Assembly: GCA_045401155.1 (NCBI GenBank)
Contig: CP174360.1
Coordinates: 310,769 to 374,768, forward strand
Direction of reading: 5' to 3'
DNA from: Candidatus Minusculum obligatum
GTDB taxonomy: Bacteria > Patescibacteriota > Minisyncoccia > Phycocordibacterales > Phycocordibacteraceae
DNA: 64,000 bases
The notes under the pieces were generated by a model that was not told the origin of the DNA, searched no databases, and saw nothing but the letters and a program-made list of their open reading frames with translations. How positions within the stretch are numbered: position 1 is the stretch's first letter; each line of letters begins with the position of its first letter. Both the position numbers and the translations under genes were made by a program. Positions 30,391-39,984 of this stretch are shown here, piece by piece.

Positions 30391-30813
30391 CTAGATTTTA
30401 GTGTAAAAAACGGATTTTCCAGTGTTTCCAACTTGTTTTATCTTGTTTTGCTTCTCTAGGATATTGAAATAGCGGAATGCTGTTGTTCTTGAGATTCTGA
30501 GTAGTTTTTGTGCATCTTTGTTTGTTATTTGTTCTTGTGTGTCGAAAAGAGACATAATTTTGTCTAACTTCTTCTGTTTTCGTGTTTGGATTGCTGCGCG
30601 TGCTTTTGCAAGGAGTGTTTGTATGAAAGGTTGAGAAGGTTGTGTTGGTTGTGGAGTGGGTAGGGGAGTTTGGGTTGGTTCTTGTGTAGGTGTAGGTTCT
30701 TCAGTTTGAGGTTCAGATGCTTCTGGTGTTGTTTCAGATCCCTCTGGTTGTGGAGGGGTAGAGAGAACAGTTTCTTCAATTTGCAGTTCTTCTGTGAGAG
30801 GTTCTTCTTCCAT
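30391..30813 (-). CDS. Pro/Thr/Glu-rich protein with C-terminal winged HTH
   Basis: ITNKDAQKLLRISRTTAFRYFNILEKQNKIKQVGNTGKSVFY. Confidence 0.75.
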   Translation of the reverse strand: MEEEPLTEELQIEETVLSTPPQPEGSETTPEASEPQTEEPTPTQEPTQTPLPTPQPTQPSQPFIQTLLAKARAAIQTRKQKKLDKIMSLFDTQEQITNKDAQKLLRISRTTAFRYFNILEKQNKIKQVGNTGKSVFYTKI

Positions 30814-30814
30814 A

Positions 30815-31489
30815 TTAGATTTCTTTTATAAGTTTTTCAATAATATCTTCTTCTGGGTATCCTTCTACAAAACTAAAGCCTGTTCCAATTTCCCACAGAA
30901 ATGATGACAGCATTCTATTGTCACGTGCTGTTACTTCCATATTCTCAATAGAATAGATCATTCGCGAAAGACCAGAATATACATTATAAAGTCTTTCATC
31001 TTTTACTTCTAAAGTGTTAAATACAACGCTCATAAAATCCCTAAATACCAGAAGCTCAATAAGAATTTGTCTTACAAAAACTTCACCATCATCAGCTTCC
31101 ATTTTGTTTCTGACACGATCCCAGCGTGTTTCGCCAGTATTCAATTCTTCCTTAAAGAATCTACGAAAATTATCTCGCTTGGATGTTTCTTCAATCCTTT
31201 CTGCATTTATCAGTTCTTCTTGTGTTCCTAATAAGATGCGAGTTAAATCCTCCCTAAATTTCCCGTAGTGTTTTTTGAGATTTTTTCGAAGTGTTTGGCG
31301 GTGTCTTCTTTCCGGTTCTTTTCCAAGTTGATAAAAGGTGATGGCAATTAGAATGGAAACAATCAACTGTAATATCAAATCGGAATAGTTTATAAATAAA
31401 TAGGGCAGATCTTTAAAAAATATAAGCACGAGAGCGAGAAATAAAACATGTGCTGCGTACAAAAGGTTATTATCTTTTACAAGATTCAT
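30815..31489 (-). CDS. Hypothetical protein with two N-terminal TM helices
   Basis: 224-aa AT-rich ORF; -10 TATACT close to the start. Confidence 0.75.
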   Translation of the reverse strand: MNLVKDNNLLYAAHVLFLALVLIFFKDLPYLFINYSDLILQLIVSILIAITFYQLGKEPERRHRQTLRKNLKKHYGKFREDLTRILLGTQEELINAERIEETSKRDNFRRFFKEELNTGETRWDRVRNKMEADDGEVFVRQILIELLVFRDFMSVVFNTLEVKDERLYNVYSGLSRMIYSIENMEVTARDNRMLSSFLWEIGTGFSFVEGYPEEDIIEKLIKEI

Positions 31490-31529
31490 TATAAAAACAG
31501 TATACCAAACGGCTCAATGCATTGAGCCG

Positions 31530-31811
31530 TTAAATTTTTTTGTAGTAAACGTGTTTTCCTGTTGTTCCTATCTGCTTTATTTCTCCTTCATTCTCTAATT
31601 CTTGGAGATATCTGGTTGCAGTTGCATCTGATACATTAAGAAGCTTTTCAATGTCATTGTTTTGTATTTTCTGGGCAGTTTTTAGGTGTTCAAGAATTTG
31701 CTCTTTTCTTTTTGTTTTCTGAGAGAGGGGGAGAGTGACTTGTCTTCGTGCAAGGTAAAAGCCGATAATTATTCCAGCAAATGCAATAAGAATAAAGGTA
31801 AGTATATTCAT
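31530..31811 (-). CDS. Membrane-anchored winged-HTH protein (DeoR-like HTH)
   Basis: TM helix, then [37 protein letters not shown]. Confidence 0.8.
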   Translation of the reverse strand: MNILTFILIAFAGIIIGFYLARRQVTLPLSQKTKRKEQILEHLKTAQKIQNNDIEKLLNVSDATATRYLQELENEGEIKQIGTTGKHVYYKKI

Positions 31812-31834
31812 TAGTTAGATTTTAGCACCTGTGC

Positions 31835-32812
31835 TCAAGTTCCAAGATCTTTTTTCGACTTTTTTGGGCAAGACCTTGAAAAATTACTTGTATGTATGTT
31901 TCCTGTTGATTCCTCCATGATAGTCATCTTAAACATTTTCTTTTCTTTGTTTAGATCTCCCCAAGGTATTTTGTCTTCTACTGTTTGAACAAGGACTCCT
32001 CTCAGTCCGCCAGGAAATTTTTCTTTAGACGCGACTTCTCCAAGAAGGAAAATAATAATTTCTCTTGAAAAGTAGAAAAACTTTATGGGATAAAATTTAA
32101 AAGCATCAGCAGCATTTTTCTTAAGAATAAGTGGGAAATAAGGTATCAATTTTTCAAATTTATTAGTGTGATATTCAATCGAATCTATTTTAAAGATTCC
32201 ATGTTCAACATCATTTCTTGCTTTTACAAATTCAGTTAACCACTCTTTTTTATTTTTTTGTATGAACTCCTCTAGTCTTCGCGCTTCATTTTTATCTGTA
32301 AATTTTGAAGAAAGGTTGCTCAACTTAGTTTCAAACTTTTTATGATCGTCTTTTCCAAAAAGAAACTCTATATTAAATCCTAAGTCACGAGAAAGTTTAC
32401 AAAGTGCATCTTTAACAATATCTCCATCTACAAATAAGTGCCTTGTATAGAAAGAGCAAATATGATCAAAATCCTTTACTTGCCACGTGTTGTTATTTTT
32501 TGTTACTCCAATACCCTCCTTCAGGTCGAATGTGTGTTTTTTGTAATCTTCCATGGCTCGTTCAGAGAGGGAAAATAGATCAAGTAATGATTCGTATAAT
32601 TTATTAAGATTCTCTGTCTCAATACATAAGTTTTGTAGTATTCCATTTATTTCAAAAAGGAAAGTGGTATGTATATCGTTAAAATTTCTTGGCGCCTCCT
32701 TAATCAAAGGTCCTTTTCTTGGGTACGGCTTACAGCAATTTTTAAATTTCACTCCACTGCCACACGGACATTTCGAATTAATTGTGAATCTATTTTCTTT
32801 TTTGGAAGCCAT
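31835..32812 (-). CDS. SEC-C motif-containing hypothetical protein
   Basis: N-terminal CPCGSGVKFKNCC; internal RNDVEH (HEPN-like R-x4-H). Confidence 0.75.
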   Translation of the reverse strand: MASKKENRFTINSKCPCGSGVKFKNCCKPYPRKGPLIKEAPRNFNDIHTTFLFEINGILQNLCIETENLNKLYESLLDLFSLSERAMEDYKKHTFDLKEGIGVTKNNNTWQVKDFDHICSFYTRHLFVDGDIVKDALCKLSRDLGFNIEFLFGKDDHKKFETKLSNLSSKFTDKNEARRLEEFIQKNKKEWLTEFVKARNDVEHGIFKIDSIEYHTNKFEKLIPYFPLILKKNAADAFKFYPIKFFYFSREIIIFLLGEVASKEKFPGGLRGVLVQTVEDKIPWGDLNKEKKMFKMTIMEESTGNIHTSNFSRSCPKKSKKDLGT

Positions 32813-32884
32813 TATTCGTGTGTCACGTTTTAAATTCTCTGCTGTCTACCACATCTGTTTTTTGGTCTATTTTATTGAATGTTT

Positions 32885-33271
32885 CTAAGCAAGGGCATCA
32901 ATGCTTTGTTTGAGTTGTTTTTCTACATCTTGAGCAACATCTTTAAGTATATCTGATTCAACCATACTCATTGCGGCAGAAGGAAGGATAGAAGAAACAT
33001 ATGTATTCTTGTTTTGTTCGTACACAATCACATTACAAGGAAGAAGGAGTCCTATTTCTTTTTCTGCTGAGAGTGCTTTGTGCGCAAATGCAGGATTACA
33101 CGCGCCAAGAATTGTGTAGCGATCATAATCAACACCAATTTTTTCTTTCATGGTTTTTTGTACATCAATAGTTGTAAGTACTCCAAAACCATTATCAGCA
33201 AGTGATTTTTTCACAGCACCAATTGCCTCATCAAAAGGAAGGGACGTCTTTACGGTGTGACTGTATTTCAT
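32885..33271 (-). CDS. DUF302-family protein
   Basis: GFGVLTTIDV, ILGACNP, IGLLLPCNVIV. Confidence 0.92.
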   Translation of the reverse strand: MKYSHTVKTSLPFDEAIGAVKKSLADNGFGVLTTIDVQKTMKEKIGVDYDRYTILGACNPAFAHKALSAEKEIGLLLPCNVIVYEQNKNTYVSSILPSAAMSMVESDILKDVAQDVEKQLKQSIDALA

Positions 33272-33507
33272 GCAAGTTTATTGTATGTCACTGCAAATAG
33301 ATAGAAAGCAATAAATGACATAACTGCAGCCTCAATCATTCCTGTTAGTGTTCCAATAACAGTGGGGGAATAGAAGAGGTGCATTTCTTGCATTGCTGAA
33401 ACGGCAATCGTATAAATTCCTAGAGAGTTAAAGATGGTTAGAATGAGCATAATAAGTGCAGAAACAATTCCTGCTGCATACCCAAGTGCTTTTGCGTGTA
33501 ATTTCAT
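33268..33507 (-). CDS. Small membrane protein
   Basis: Hydrophobic 79-aa ORF overlapping the DUF302 start. Confidence 0.7.
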   Translation of the reverse strand: MKLHAKALGYAAGIVSALIMLILTIFNSLGIYTIAVSAMQEMHLFYSPTVIGTLTGMIEAAVMSFIAFYLFAVTYNKLA

Positions 33508-33547
33508 AGTAGAAAAAATTTACTTTAATAAAATAGGGGATAAAGAA

Positions 33548-33577
33548 TTGACGTATAGTACCCCCTAGGGGTATTAT
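33548..33577 (+). promoter_or_regulatory. sigma70 promoter with CsoR-type operator
   Basis: TTGACG...TATTAT with TACCCCCTAGGGGTA (33559-33573) in the spacer, directly upstream of the csoR-like gene. Confidence 0.8.
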
Positions 33578-33585
33578 ACCTGCTA

Positions 33586-33858
33586 ATGAAGAAAGATATC
33601 AAGAAGAGAGTTGTGCACAGGTTGAAAATCATCGAGGGGCAAGTAAAAGGTTTGCAAAGAATGGCAGAAGAAGAAGAGTATTGTATTAGCATCATTACTC
33701 AAGTTTCAGCAATGAGACAAGCACTTTCTTCTGTAGAAGACTTAATGCTTGAAAATCACTTACTTACACACGTGGTAAGCCAAATGAAGAGTGAGAAAGG
33801 TCAAAAGAAAGCAGTGGAGGAGATGTTGTCCATTTATAAACTTTCAAAGAAAAAGTAG
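33586..33858 (+). CDS. csoR: CsoR/RcnR-family metal-sensitive repressor
   Basis: RLKIIEGQVKGLQRM...YCISIITQVSA...LENHLLTHV. Confidence 0.88.
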   Translation: MKKDIKKRVVHRLKIIEGQVKGLQRMAEEEEYCISIITQVSAMRQALSSVEDLMLENHLLTHVVSQMKSEKGQKKAVEEMLSIYKLSKKK

Positions 33859-33862
33859 ATAT

Positions 33863-34690
33863 ATGAATGTAAAAATACTTGGAATTGGAGCTTTTGTCGC
33901 ATTACTCATTGCTGGCTTTGTGTTGGTGCAAGGTGGTGTTCCAGAATCTAAAATGGTTGAAGAGCATAGTGATTCTCTAGAATCATACGAAATGAGTCCT
34001 TCACAAGCTGTTAGCCGAATGCAAAGCAAAGATGATGTTGTGGTTCTTGATGTTCGAACAATTCAAGAATATGAAGAAATTCACCTTCAAAATGCTCTCT
34101 TGCTCCCCGTGCAGGAACTTTCTCAAGCTTCACTTGATGCGATTGGTCTTTCTGACAAAGATCAGGAAATAATTCTCTATTGCAGGAGTGGTGCTCGGAG
34201 TAAGACGGCTTTCGATATCATGAATTCTCTTGGGTATACAAACATAAAGAGTGTTGCAGGGGGAATGGTTCATTGGCAAGAAGATAATTACCCGCTTACA
34301 GAGGTGGGAAAGTTCAATGAATCAAAGAATATTCAGGAAAGTGAGGAAAATACAACAGGTCCAAAGATAAGTATCGATCGTAAATTACATGATTTTGGAG
34401 AGATTCCTCAATTTGCAGGTGTAGTACAGACAATGTTTACCGTTACAAATTTGGGGACAGAAACTCTTATTGTTGGCGATATTACAACCAGTTGTAGCTG
34501 TACGTCAGCAACACTGTCTTCATATTCTATTGGGGCAGGAGAGAGCGCTGAACTTACCGTTCTCTTTGATCCTGATTTACATGAAGAGCCAGAGGGTGTG
34601 TTTACGCGAACGGTATTTATCCCAAGTAATGACGTGAACACTCCAGAAGCAGAAGTTGCAGTACAAGTCGATATATTAGAAGGAGTTTAA
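33863..34690 (+). CDS. Membrane-anchored rhodanese fused to a DUF1573 Ig-like domain
   Basis: LDVRTIQEY, YCRSGARS; HDFGEI...TTSCSCT. Confidence 0.85.
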   Translation: MNVKILGIGAFVALLIAGFVLVQGGVPESKMVEEHSDSLESYEMSPSQAVSRMQSKDDVVVLDVRTIQEYEEIHLQNALLLPVQELSQASLDAIGLSDKDQEIILYCRSGARSKTAFDIMNSLGYTNIKSVAGGMVHWQEDNYPLTEVGKFNESKNIQESEENTTGPKISIDRKLHDFGEIPQFAGVVQTMFTVTNLGTETLIVGDITTSCSCTSATLSSYSIGAGESAELTVLFDPDLHEEPEGVFTRTVFIPSNDVNTPEAEVAVQVDILEGV

Positions 34691-34701
34691 AATTAGATAA
34701 T

Positions 34702-35172
34702 ATGAACAATTACATTATAGGAGCACTAGTTATTGCAGGAGCACTTATTGCAGGAGCAATATTCTTTGTGGGTGGAGGTCCTGTTATAGAAAAGGTTGTG
34801 GCATCGGAGATTACTCTTGAGGCAAATGAGTATGATTTTGGCGATATTGACATTTTTGGTGGAAAGGTAAAAACAACTTTCCCTATCACAAATACTGGAA
34901 ATGCTGATGTGACAGTATTGTCTGGAGTTACAAGTTGTATCTGTACGGAAGGAGAAATAGATTCACTTTCCTTTGGTATGCATGGAAGTGATGGCGAGAC
35001 AGTAATACCGGCAGGAGAGACAAGGGAGTTGGTTGCAATATATGACCCATTAGCACACGGTCCTGATGGAGTTGGGAAAATAAAACGACAGTTGCAACTA
35101 AAAACAAATTCTTCAGTAACTGAGTACATCGATGTAAGTTTTACAGGAAATGTAGTAAAGAATGCTGAGTAA
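34702..35172 (+). CDS. DUF1573-domain protein
   Basis: YDFGDI, NTG...TSCICT, YDPLAHGP. Confidence 0.8.
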   Translation: MNNYIIGALVIAGALIAGAIFFVGGGPVIEKVVASEITLEANEYDFGDIDIFGGKVKTTFPITNTGNADVTVLSGVTSCICTEGEIDSLSFGMHGSDGETVIPAGETRELVAIYDPLAHGPDGVGKIKRQLQLKTNSSVTEYIDVSFTGNVVKNAE

Positions 35173-35186
35173 CAAATAATATTCTC

Positions 35187-36140
35187 ATGGATAAAGTAAA
35201 AATAGCACTTGTAGGTATTGCATTCATTCTCTTGTCAATCATGCTTGTAGGAGGATTTAGTTTGCTAACTTCTCCTACTATGGTTCCAGGATTTTCTTTG
35301 GCATTTTTGGCAGGGATATCAATGATTGTGCTTCCGTGTACTTTTCCTCTTGTGTTTATCATTGTTCCTCTTGCGCTCTCAAAACAAAGCGTGAAAAAAG
35401 GAATCGTTATGGCGCTTCTTTTTGGTCTTGGTCTTACCGTTACATTTACGCTATATGGTCTAGCACTTGGATGGCTTGGTGGTTTTGTCGGATTGTACAA
35501 AGTTGTCAGTGCAATGCTTCTTATTGGGGGTATAGCAGCACTTTTCTTTGGATTGGCAGAGCTTGGCTTAGTAAACTTCTCTTTGCCATTTCGAAAAACT
35601 ATTCTTCCACAGTCGCTCCAGCAAAAGAATGACTACATACGGAGCTTCTTTCTAGGTTTCTTCTTGGGAAACGCCGGAGTTGGTTGCCCAAATCCAGCTT
35701 TCTATATTCTTTTTGGATATGTAGCTACACTTGGAGATCCTATTACTGGAGCATCTCTTGGAGCATTACATGGAATAGGGAGAATGGCTCCACTTCTATT
35801 TCTAGTAGTTCTTGCAATTCTTGGAATAAATATGATGGAAAAGGTGAGTACATATCAGGAAAGAGTGAAGCGCTGGGTTGCATGGTCGCTTGTCGTACTT
35901 GGGGCATTCATACTTAATTACGGACTTTTTGGCATGGCATGGTTTGAAAAATCAGGTATTCATGAAGCATGGAATCAGTTCCTTCTTGCGGTGGTTCCAA
36001 AAATTGCAGAGTCGGCAGAGCTTGAGTCAGCACTCCAGCTTCCACAAGGTGTTGGTGGTGTTATGCCTTGGATAGTTCTTGGTGCGGTTATAAGTGGAGT
36101 AATTGTATGGAGTGCAGTTAAGGCACGAAATAGTAAATAA
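35187..36140 (+). CDS. CcdA/DsbD-like membrane protein
   Basis: VLPCTFPL, GVGCPNP; multiple TM helices. Confidence 0.75.
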   Translation: MDKVKIALVGIAFILLSIMLVGGFSLLTSPTMVPGFSLAFLAGISMIVLPCTFPLVFIIVPLALSKQSVKKGIVMALLFGLGLTVTFTLYGLALGWLGGFVGLYKVVSAMLLIGGIAALFFGLAELGLVNFSLPFRKTILPQSLQQKNDYIRSFFLGFFLGNAGVGCPNPAFYILFGYVATLGDPITGASLGALHGIGRMAPLLFLVVLAILGINMMEKVSTYQERVKRWVAWSLVVLGAFILNYGLFGMAWFEKSGIHEAWNQFLLAVVPKIAESAELESALQLPQGVGGVMPWIVLGAVISGVIVWSAVKARNSK

Positions 36141-36142
36141 TT

Positions 36143-36289
36143 ATGACTAACTTTATACAAATAGCATATGCACATGGAGGAGAGGAGGTTGAAACTGTAA
36201 CAACTCTTGATTTCTCAGGGCCACTTATTGCTCTGGGAATGATTGTCGCAGCAATTATTATTGCAAAAGTTATTTCTAAGAAAAAATAA
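36143..36289 (+). CDS. Small protein (48 aa) with AHGG motif and C-terminal TM helix, absent from the ORF track
   Basis: Manual translation MTNFIQIAYAHGGEEVETVTTLDFSGPLIALGMIVAAIIIAKVISKKK*; fits between operon genes with 1-2 nt gaps. Confidence 0.7.
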   Translation: MTNFIQIAYAHGGEEVETVTTLDFSGPLIALGMIVAAIIIAKVISKKK

Positions 36290-36290
36290 C

Positions 36291-36548
36291 ATGATTAAAG
36301 TAACGCTTGTTCGTCCAGAAGGGTGTCATCATTGTAAGGAGGTTAAAAATACGCTTGAGGGAATGAGAGATGAATTTCCTGATATTTCAATTGAAGAAAT
36401 TGATATGGTTACACCTGAAGGAAGGGAGCTTGTTCAAAAATATCGCATTCTATCAAGTCCGGGGATTTTAATTAATGATGAATTCTTTGCTTTTGGTGGC
36501 GCTACTGAGGAGCAGTTTAGAAAAAAGTTTAACGAAATTAATGGCTAG
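36291..36548 (+). CDS. Thioredoxin/glutaredoxin-like protein
   Basis: GCHHC, SSPGILIN. Confidence 0.85.
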   Translation: MIKVTLVRPEGCHHCKEVKNTLEGMRDEFPDISIEEIDMVTPEGRELVQKYRILSSPGILINDEFFAFGGATEEQFRKKFNEING

Positions 36549-36562
36549 GCCCGATAAAGAAA

Positions 36563-37276
36563 ATGTTATTGGGAATTAAAAGTAAAAAAGTTGCACTCTT
36601 GCGCCACTTAGCAATGGCTATCGTTGGAGGACTGCTTGTATATTTGGTTTGGTCACTTAATGGTACGTGGAGTCCAGACATGCGATTGTGGAAAGCTTTT
36701 GGCGGAGCATCTTTTTTCCTCCTCTGGTTTGCTGTTGTTATTGGACCATTAGCGAAACTTCTTCCATCATTTAACTTAATGCTCGCATATCGTCGCGAGG
36801 CAGGAGTTTGGTTTTTTATCATCGCATTGGTGCATGGGTACCTCATTCTTGATGGCTGGGTGCGGTGGAATGTATGGGAATTTTTCGGCTATCAATACTT
36901 TACTGAAGTAGAGATGTATTTACGAGTTGAGCCTGGGTTTGGATTAGCAAGTTTACTTGGATTTGTTGCTCTCATGTTTGCTCTTGCGCTTGCTGCAACA
37001 TCTTTTGATTGGGCAGTTAATCTTCTAGGTATTACTTCTTGGAAATGGTTGCATATGTTTGCGTACGTTGTGTTTTATTTGGCAGCAATGCATGTTGTAT
37101 ATTTTGCTTTTATTCACTACACACCTTCGTTTAATAGGCTTGCAATGGGGCTTCCAACAGATTATCCAGATAACCCATTGAAATATTATTATCTCAACGC
37201 ACTTTTGAGTGTGTTTGTTTTGCAGACATCTGCTTTTATTGCAACGGTACGTAAAAATAAAAGAGCAAGCTGGTAG
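36563..37276 (+). CDS. Ferric-reductase-like transmembrane (MsrQ-like) protein
   Basis: YRREAG...ALVH, ALAATS, WKWLHMFAY...MH. Confidence 0.85.
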   Translation: MLLGIKSKKVALLRHLAMAIVGGLLVYLVWSLNGTWSPDMRLWKAFGGASFFLLWFAVVIGPLAKLLPSFNLMLAYRREAGVWFFIIALVHGYLILDGWVRWNVWEFFGYQYFTEVEMYLRVEPGFGLASLLGFVALMFALALAATSFDWAVNLLGITSWKWLHMFAYVVFYLAAMHVVYFAFIHYTPSFNRLAMGLPTDYPDNPLKYYYLNALLSVFVLQTSAFIATVRKNKRASW

Positions 37277-37279
37277 CGT

Positions 37280-37960
37280 ATGGTATTTGAAACAACAATT
37301 AAAGGACGTAAAAAAGTTGCAAAAGGTACTTGCGAAATAACTTTCAAAAGACCCGAGAAATTTGTATTTAAAGCAGGGCAATATATACAAATTGCCATAC
37401 CAGAATTACTCAAGTCAGATTTAAGGGGTAATTCACGACTATTCTCTGTCACTTCATCTCCGGATGATATAGAAAATATCCGCGTAGTTTTTAGAGTCTC
37501 TAATAGTGGGTTTAAACAAACACTGGTAAGCATGCCAGTTGGTGCAACGGTACATATTGAACAGGCTGCTGGAAGTTTTGTTTTACCGCAATCACCAAAA
37601 CAGCAACAAATTTTTGTTGCTGGCGGTGTTGGCATCTCTCCATTTATGAGTTACTTCAATCAAAAGAACACTCCATTTGAGAATGGACAGATCATTCTTT
37701 TTTATGGAAATCAAAACGAAGAAAGTGCCGCATACATTGCTGAGCTTCGCTCTTTTGCAAAGAGGTATCAATCTTTTTCACTACAAGAGCTGTATGAAAG
37801 ACCTTCCTCTGAATTCTTTAGGAGAAATGCGCAAATGTATAAAAATGCCGCATGGTGGGTGGTTGGGCCACCGGCAATGGTTGGAGTTGTTGTAAACGGA
37901 CTTCAATTAGGAGGTGTGGACCAAAATAATATTATAACTGAACCCTTTGAAGGATATTAG
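37280..37960 (+). CDS. FAD/NAD(P)-binding oxidoreductase (FNR family)
   Basis: FKAGQY, RLFSVTS, AGGVGISPF, VGPPAMV. Confidence 0.9.
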   Translation: MVFETTIKGRKKVAKGTCEITFKRPEKFVFKAGQYIQIAIPELLKSDLRGNSRLFSVTSSPDDIENIRVVFRVSNSGFKQTLVSMPVGATVHIEQAAGSFVLPQSPKQQQIFVAGGVGISPFMSYFNQKNTPFENGQIILFYGNQNEESAAYIAELRSFAKRYQSFSLQELYERPSSEFFRRNAQMYKNAAWWVVGPPAMVGVVVNGLQLGGVDQNNIITEPFEGY

Positions 37961-37964
37961 ATAT

Positions 37965-38735
37965 ATGAAAAATACTTTAGGATTAATTGTTTTTATTCTC
38001 GTGCTTGTTGCACTAACTGCAATATTTTTTCTGAATGGCAGAAATACAGAAGTAACACCCGATGAAACATTTTCTATATCTGCTCAGGATATCAAAGACC
38101 AAATTACCATTGATCGTGTTGTTATGGACCAGCCAGGATTTATTGTGGCACGAGAAATTATAGATGGAAAACCGGGGCAGATAGTGGAAGTAAGTAAGTA
38201 TTTAAAGGTGGGTGAAAATGTTGATGTTGTTATAGGTCTTGCACAACCATTAATTGAGGGGGTTGGTGTGAGCAGTGATCAATTTGATCAAGAAATTGTT
38301 GTTGCTGTGTATTATGATGATGGAGATAAGGGGTTTAATCCGTCTCTTGATTCTCTTGCGTATCGTGCAGGAGAAGTGCTCGCACGGTTTGTCAAAACAG
38401 GAATAATGGCGCCTGAGTCAGCAGTGGTGCCAAACACTAAGGGTGAAAATATTGATGTTGCTCAAATAGTTACCTATACAGACAGTGGGTTTATTCCTCG
38501 GAACAGTGAAATTTCTCCTGGTGATACTGTTCGATTTATTAATAAGAGCAGTAATCAAATGTGGGTTGCTTCAAATGGGCACCCAGCGCATATGATACTT
38601 CCAACATTTGATCAGTTCAGTGCTTCTTCATATGGTGAAAGTTATGAATACACTTTTGAAAAAGAGGGGGTGTGGGAGTATCACGATCACATAAATGCTA
38701 GCCAGGTTGGTGTCATATTAGTTCATTCAAATTAA
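37965..38735 (+). CDS. Membrane-anchored protein with C-terminal cupredoxin-like domain
   Basis: PGDTVRFIN...WVASNGHPAH...YTFEKEGVWEYHDH. Confidence 0.75.
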   Translation: MKNTLGLIVFILVLVALTAIFFLNGRNTEVTPDETFSISAQDIKDQITIDRVVMDQPGFIVAREIIDGKPGQIVEVSKYLKVGENVDVVIGLAQPLIEGVGVSSDQFDQEIVVAVYYDDGDKGFNPSLDSLAYRAGEVLARFVKTGIMAPESAVVPNTKGENIDVAQIVTYTDSGFIPRNSEISPGDTVRFINKSSNQMWVASNGHPAHMILPTFDQFSASSYGESYEYTFEKEGVWEYHDHINASQVGVILVHSN

Positions 38736-38740
38736 ATTAC

Positions 38741-39211
38741 ATGCAAAATACAATAAATATTTGGGGAGTGTCTGCCATTATTGGCATAACTATTCTATTG
38801 ATTGGTGGCGTCGCGCTATTGCCAAAATCTCCTGCGGGAGGGGGAGACGCTGTTGCTGCGGGACTCCATTGGCATCCCGAATTACAAATTTTTGTTGATG
38901 GAGAGAAGCAGCAAATTCCAGCAAATATAGGACTTGGTGGTGGCGGACATCAGCCAATACATACGCATACAGAAGACGTTGGGCAAGGAGTTCTTCACTT
39001 TGAATTTGGAGGAGTTGCCTATACAGGAGATCTCCGTTTGGGAAACTTCTTCCGTATTTGGGGAAATAAAGATATACAAACAGCGTTTGGCGTACTTGAA
39101 CAAATGATAGTAAATGGAGAAGAAAGCAGTGAATTTGGAGAATATGTTGTGCAAAGTGAAGACAAAATAGAGCTCCACTACAAGACTTTATTGCAGGGAG
39201 AGGTTATGTAG
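38741..39211 (+). CDS. Hypothetical His-motif membrane-anchored protein
   Basis: LHWH, IPANIG, PIHTH, LHFE. Confidence 0.75.
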   Translation: MQNTINIWGVSAIIGITILLIGGVALLPKSPAGGGDAVAAGLHWHPELQIFVDGEKQQIPANIGLGGGGHQPIHTHTEDVGQGVLHFEFGGVAYTGDLRLGNFFRIWGNKDIQTAFGVLEQMIVNGEESSEFGEYVVQSEDKIELHYKTLLQGEVM

Positions 39212-39254
39212 GCATGTTACTATTACTTAAATAAAAAAATAAAATATTGTTACT

Positions 39255-39980
39255 ATGGAAGAAAAAAAGAAAGAAGGGATGAATTTGGCAGTTCCGGGTG
39301 CGATTATGTTTGCTGGAATACTTATCGCTGGTGCACTAGTGTTCTCTTCACTGCAAAGCAGTGGGGGACAGCAAGTAGCTGAAGAGGCTCCACAAGACGC
39401 AGGGTCTCTTGACGCAATGGATCCAGTGTCAGAAAAAGATCACGTTCGAGGGAATCCAAATGCTCCAGTTATGATTGTTGAGTATTCAGACTATGAATGT
39501 CCTTTCTGTAAGCGCTTCCATGAGACCCTGAACCAGGTTATGGATACATATGGTGCTGAAGGAAAAGTTGCGTGGGTATATCGGCACTTTCCTCTTGACC
39601 AACTCCATCCAGTAAAAGCTCGGCAAGAAGCCGCAGCAGCAGAATGTGTTGCTGAAATTGGTGGAGATGACATGTTTTGGAGGTTCTCAGATAGATTCTT
39701 TGAACTTACGCCATCTAACAATCAAACCGACCTCACTGTGGTTCTTCCACAAATTTATTCTGAGTTAGGTCTTTCGCAGGCAAAGGTGGATGAGTGTGTT
39801 GCAAGTGGAAGGTATGATGATCATATTCAAGCTGAGTTTGAAAATGCTGTGGCAACTGGAGGTCGTGGTACGCCGTGGAGTATTCTGATAGCTGCAGACG
39901 GTACAAAGTACCCACTCTCTGGCGCACAACCTCTTAGTGCTATAAATCAGCTTATTGAACTTGGATTAGGAAACAACTAG
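39255..39980 (+). CDS. DsbA-family oxidoreductase
   Basis: EYSDYECPFC, YRHFPL, GGRGTP. Confidence 0.9.
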   Translation: MEEKKKEGMNLAVPGAIMFAGILIAGALVFSSLQSSGGQQVAEEAPQDAGSLDAMDPVSEKDHVRGNPNAPVMIVEYSDYECPFCKRFHETLNQVMDTYGAEGKVAWVYRHFPLDQLHPVKARQEAAAAECVAEIGGDDMFWRFSDRFFELTPSNNQTDLTVVLPQIYSELGLSQAKVDECVASGRYDDHIQAEFENAVATGGRGTPWSILIAADGTKYPLSGAQPLSAINQLIELGLGNN

Positions 39981-39984
39981 TCTT

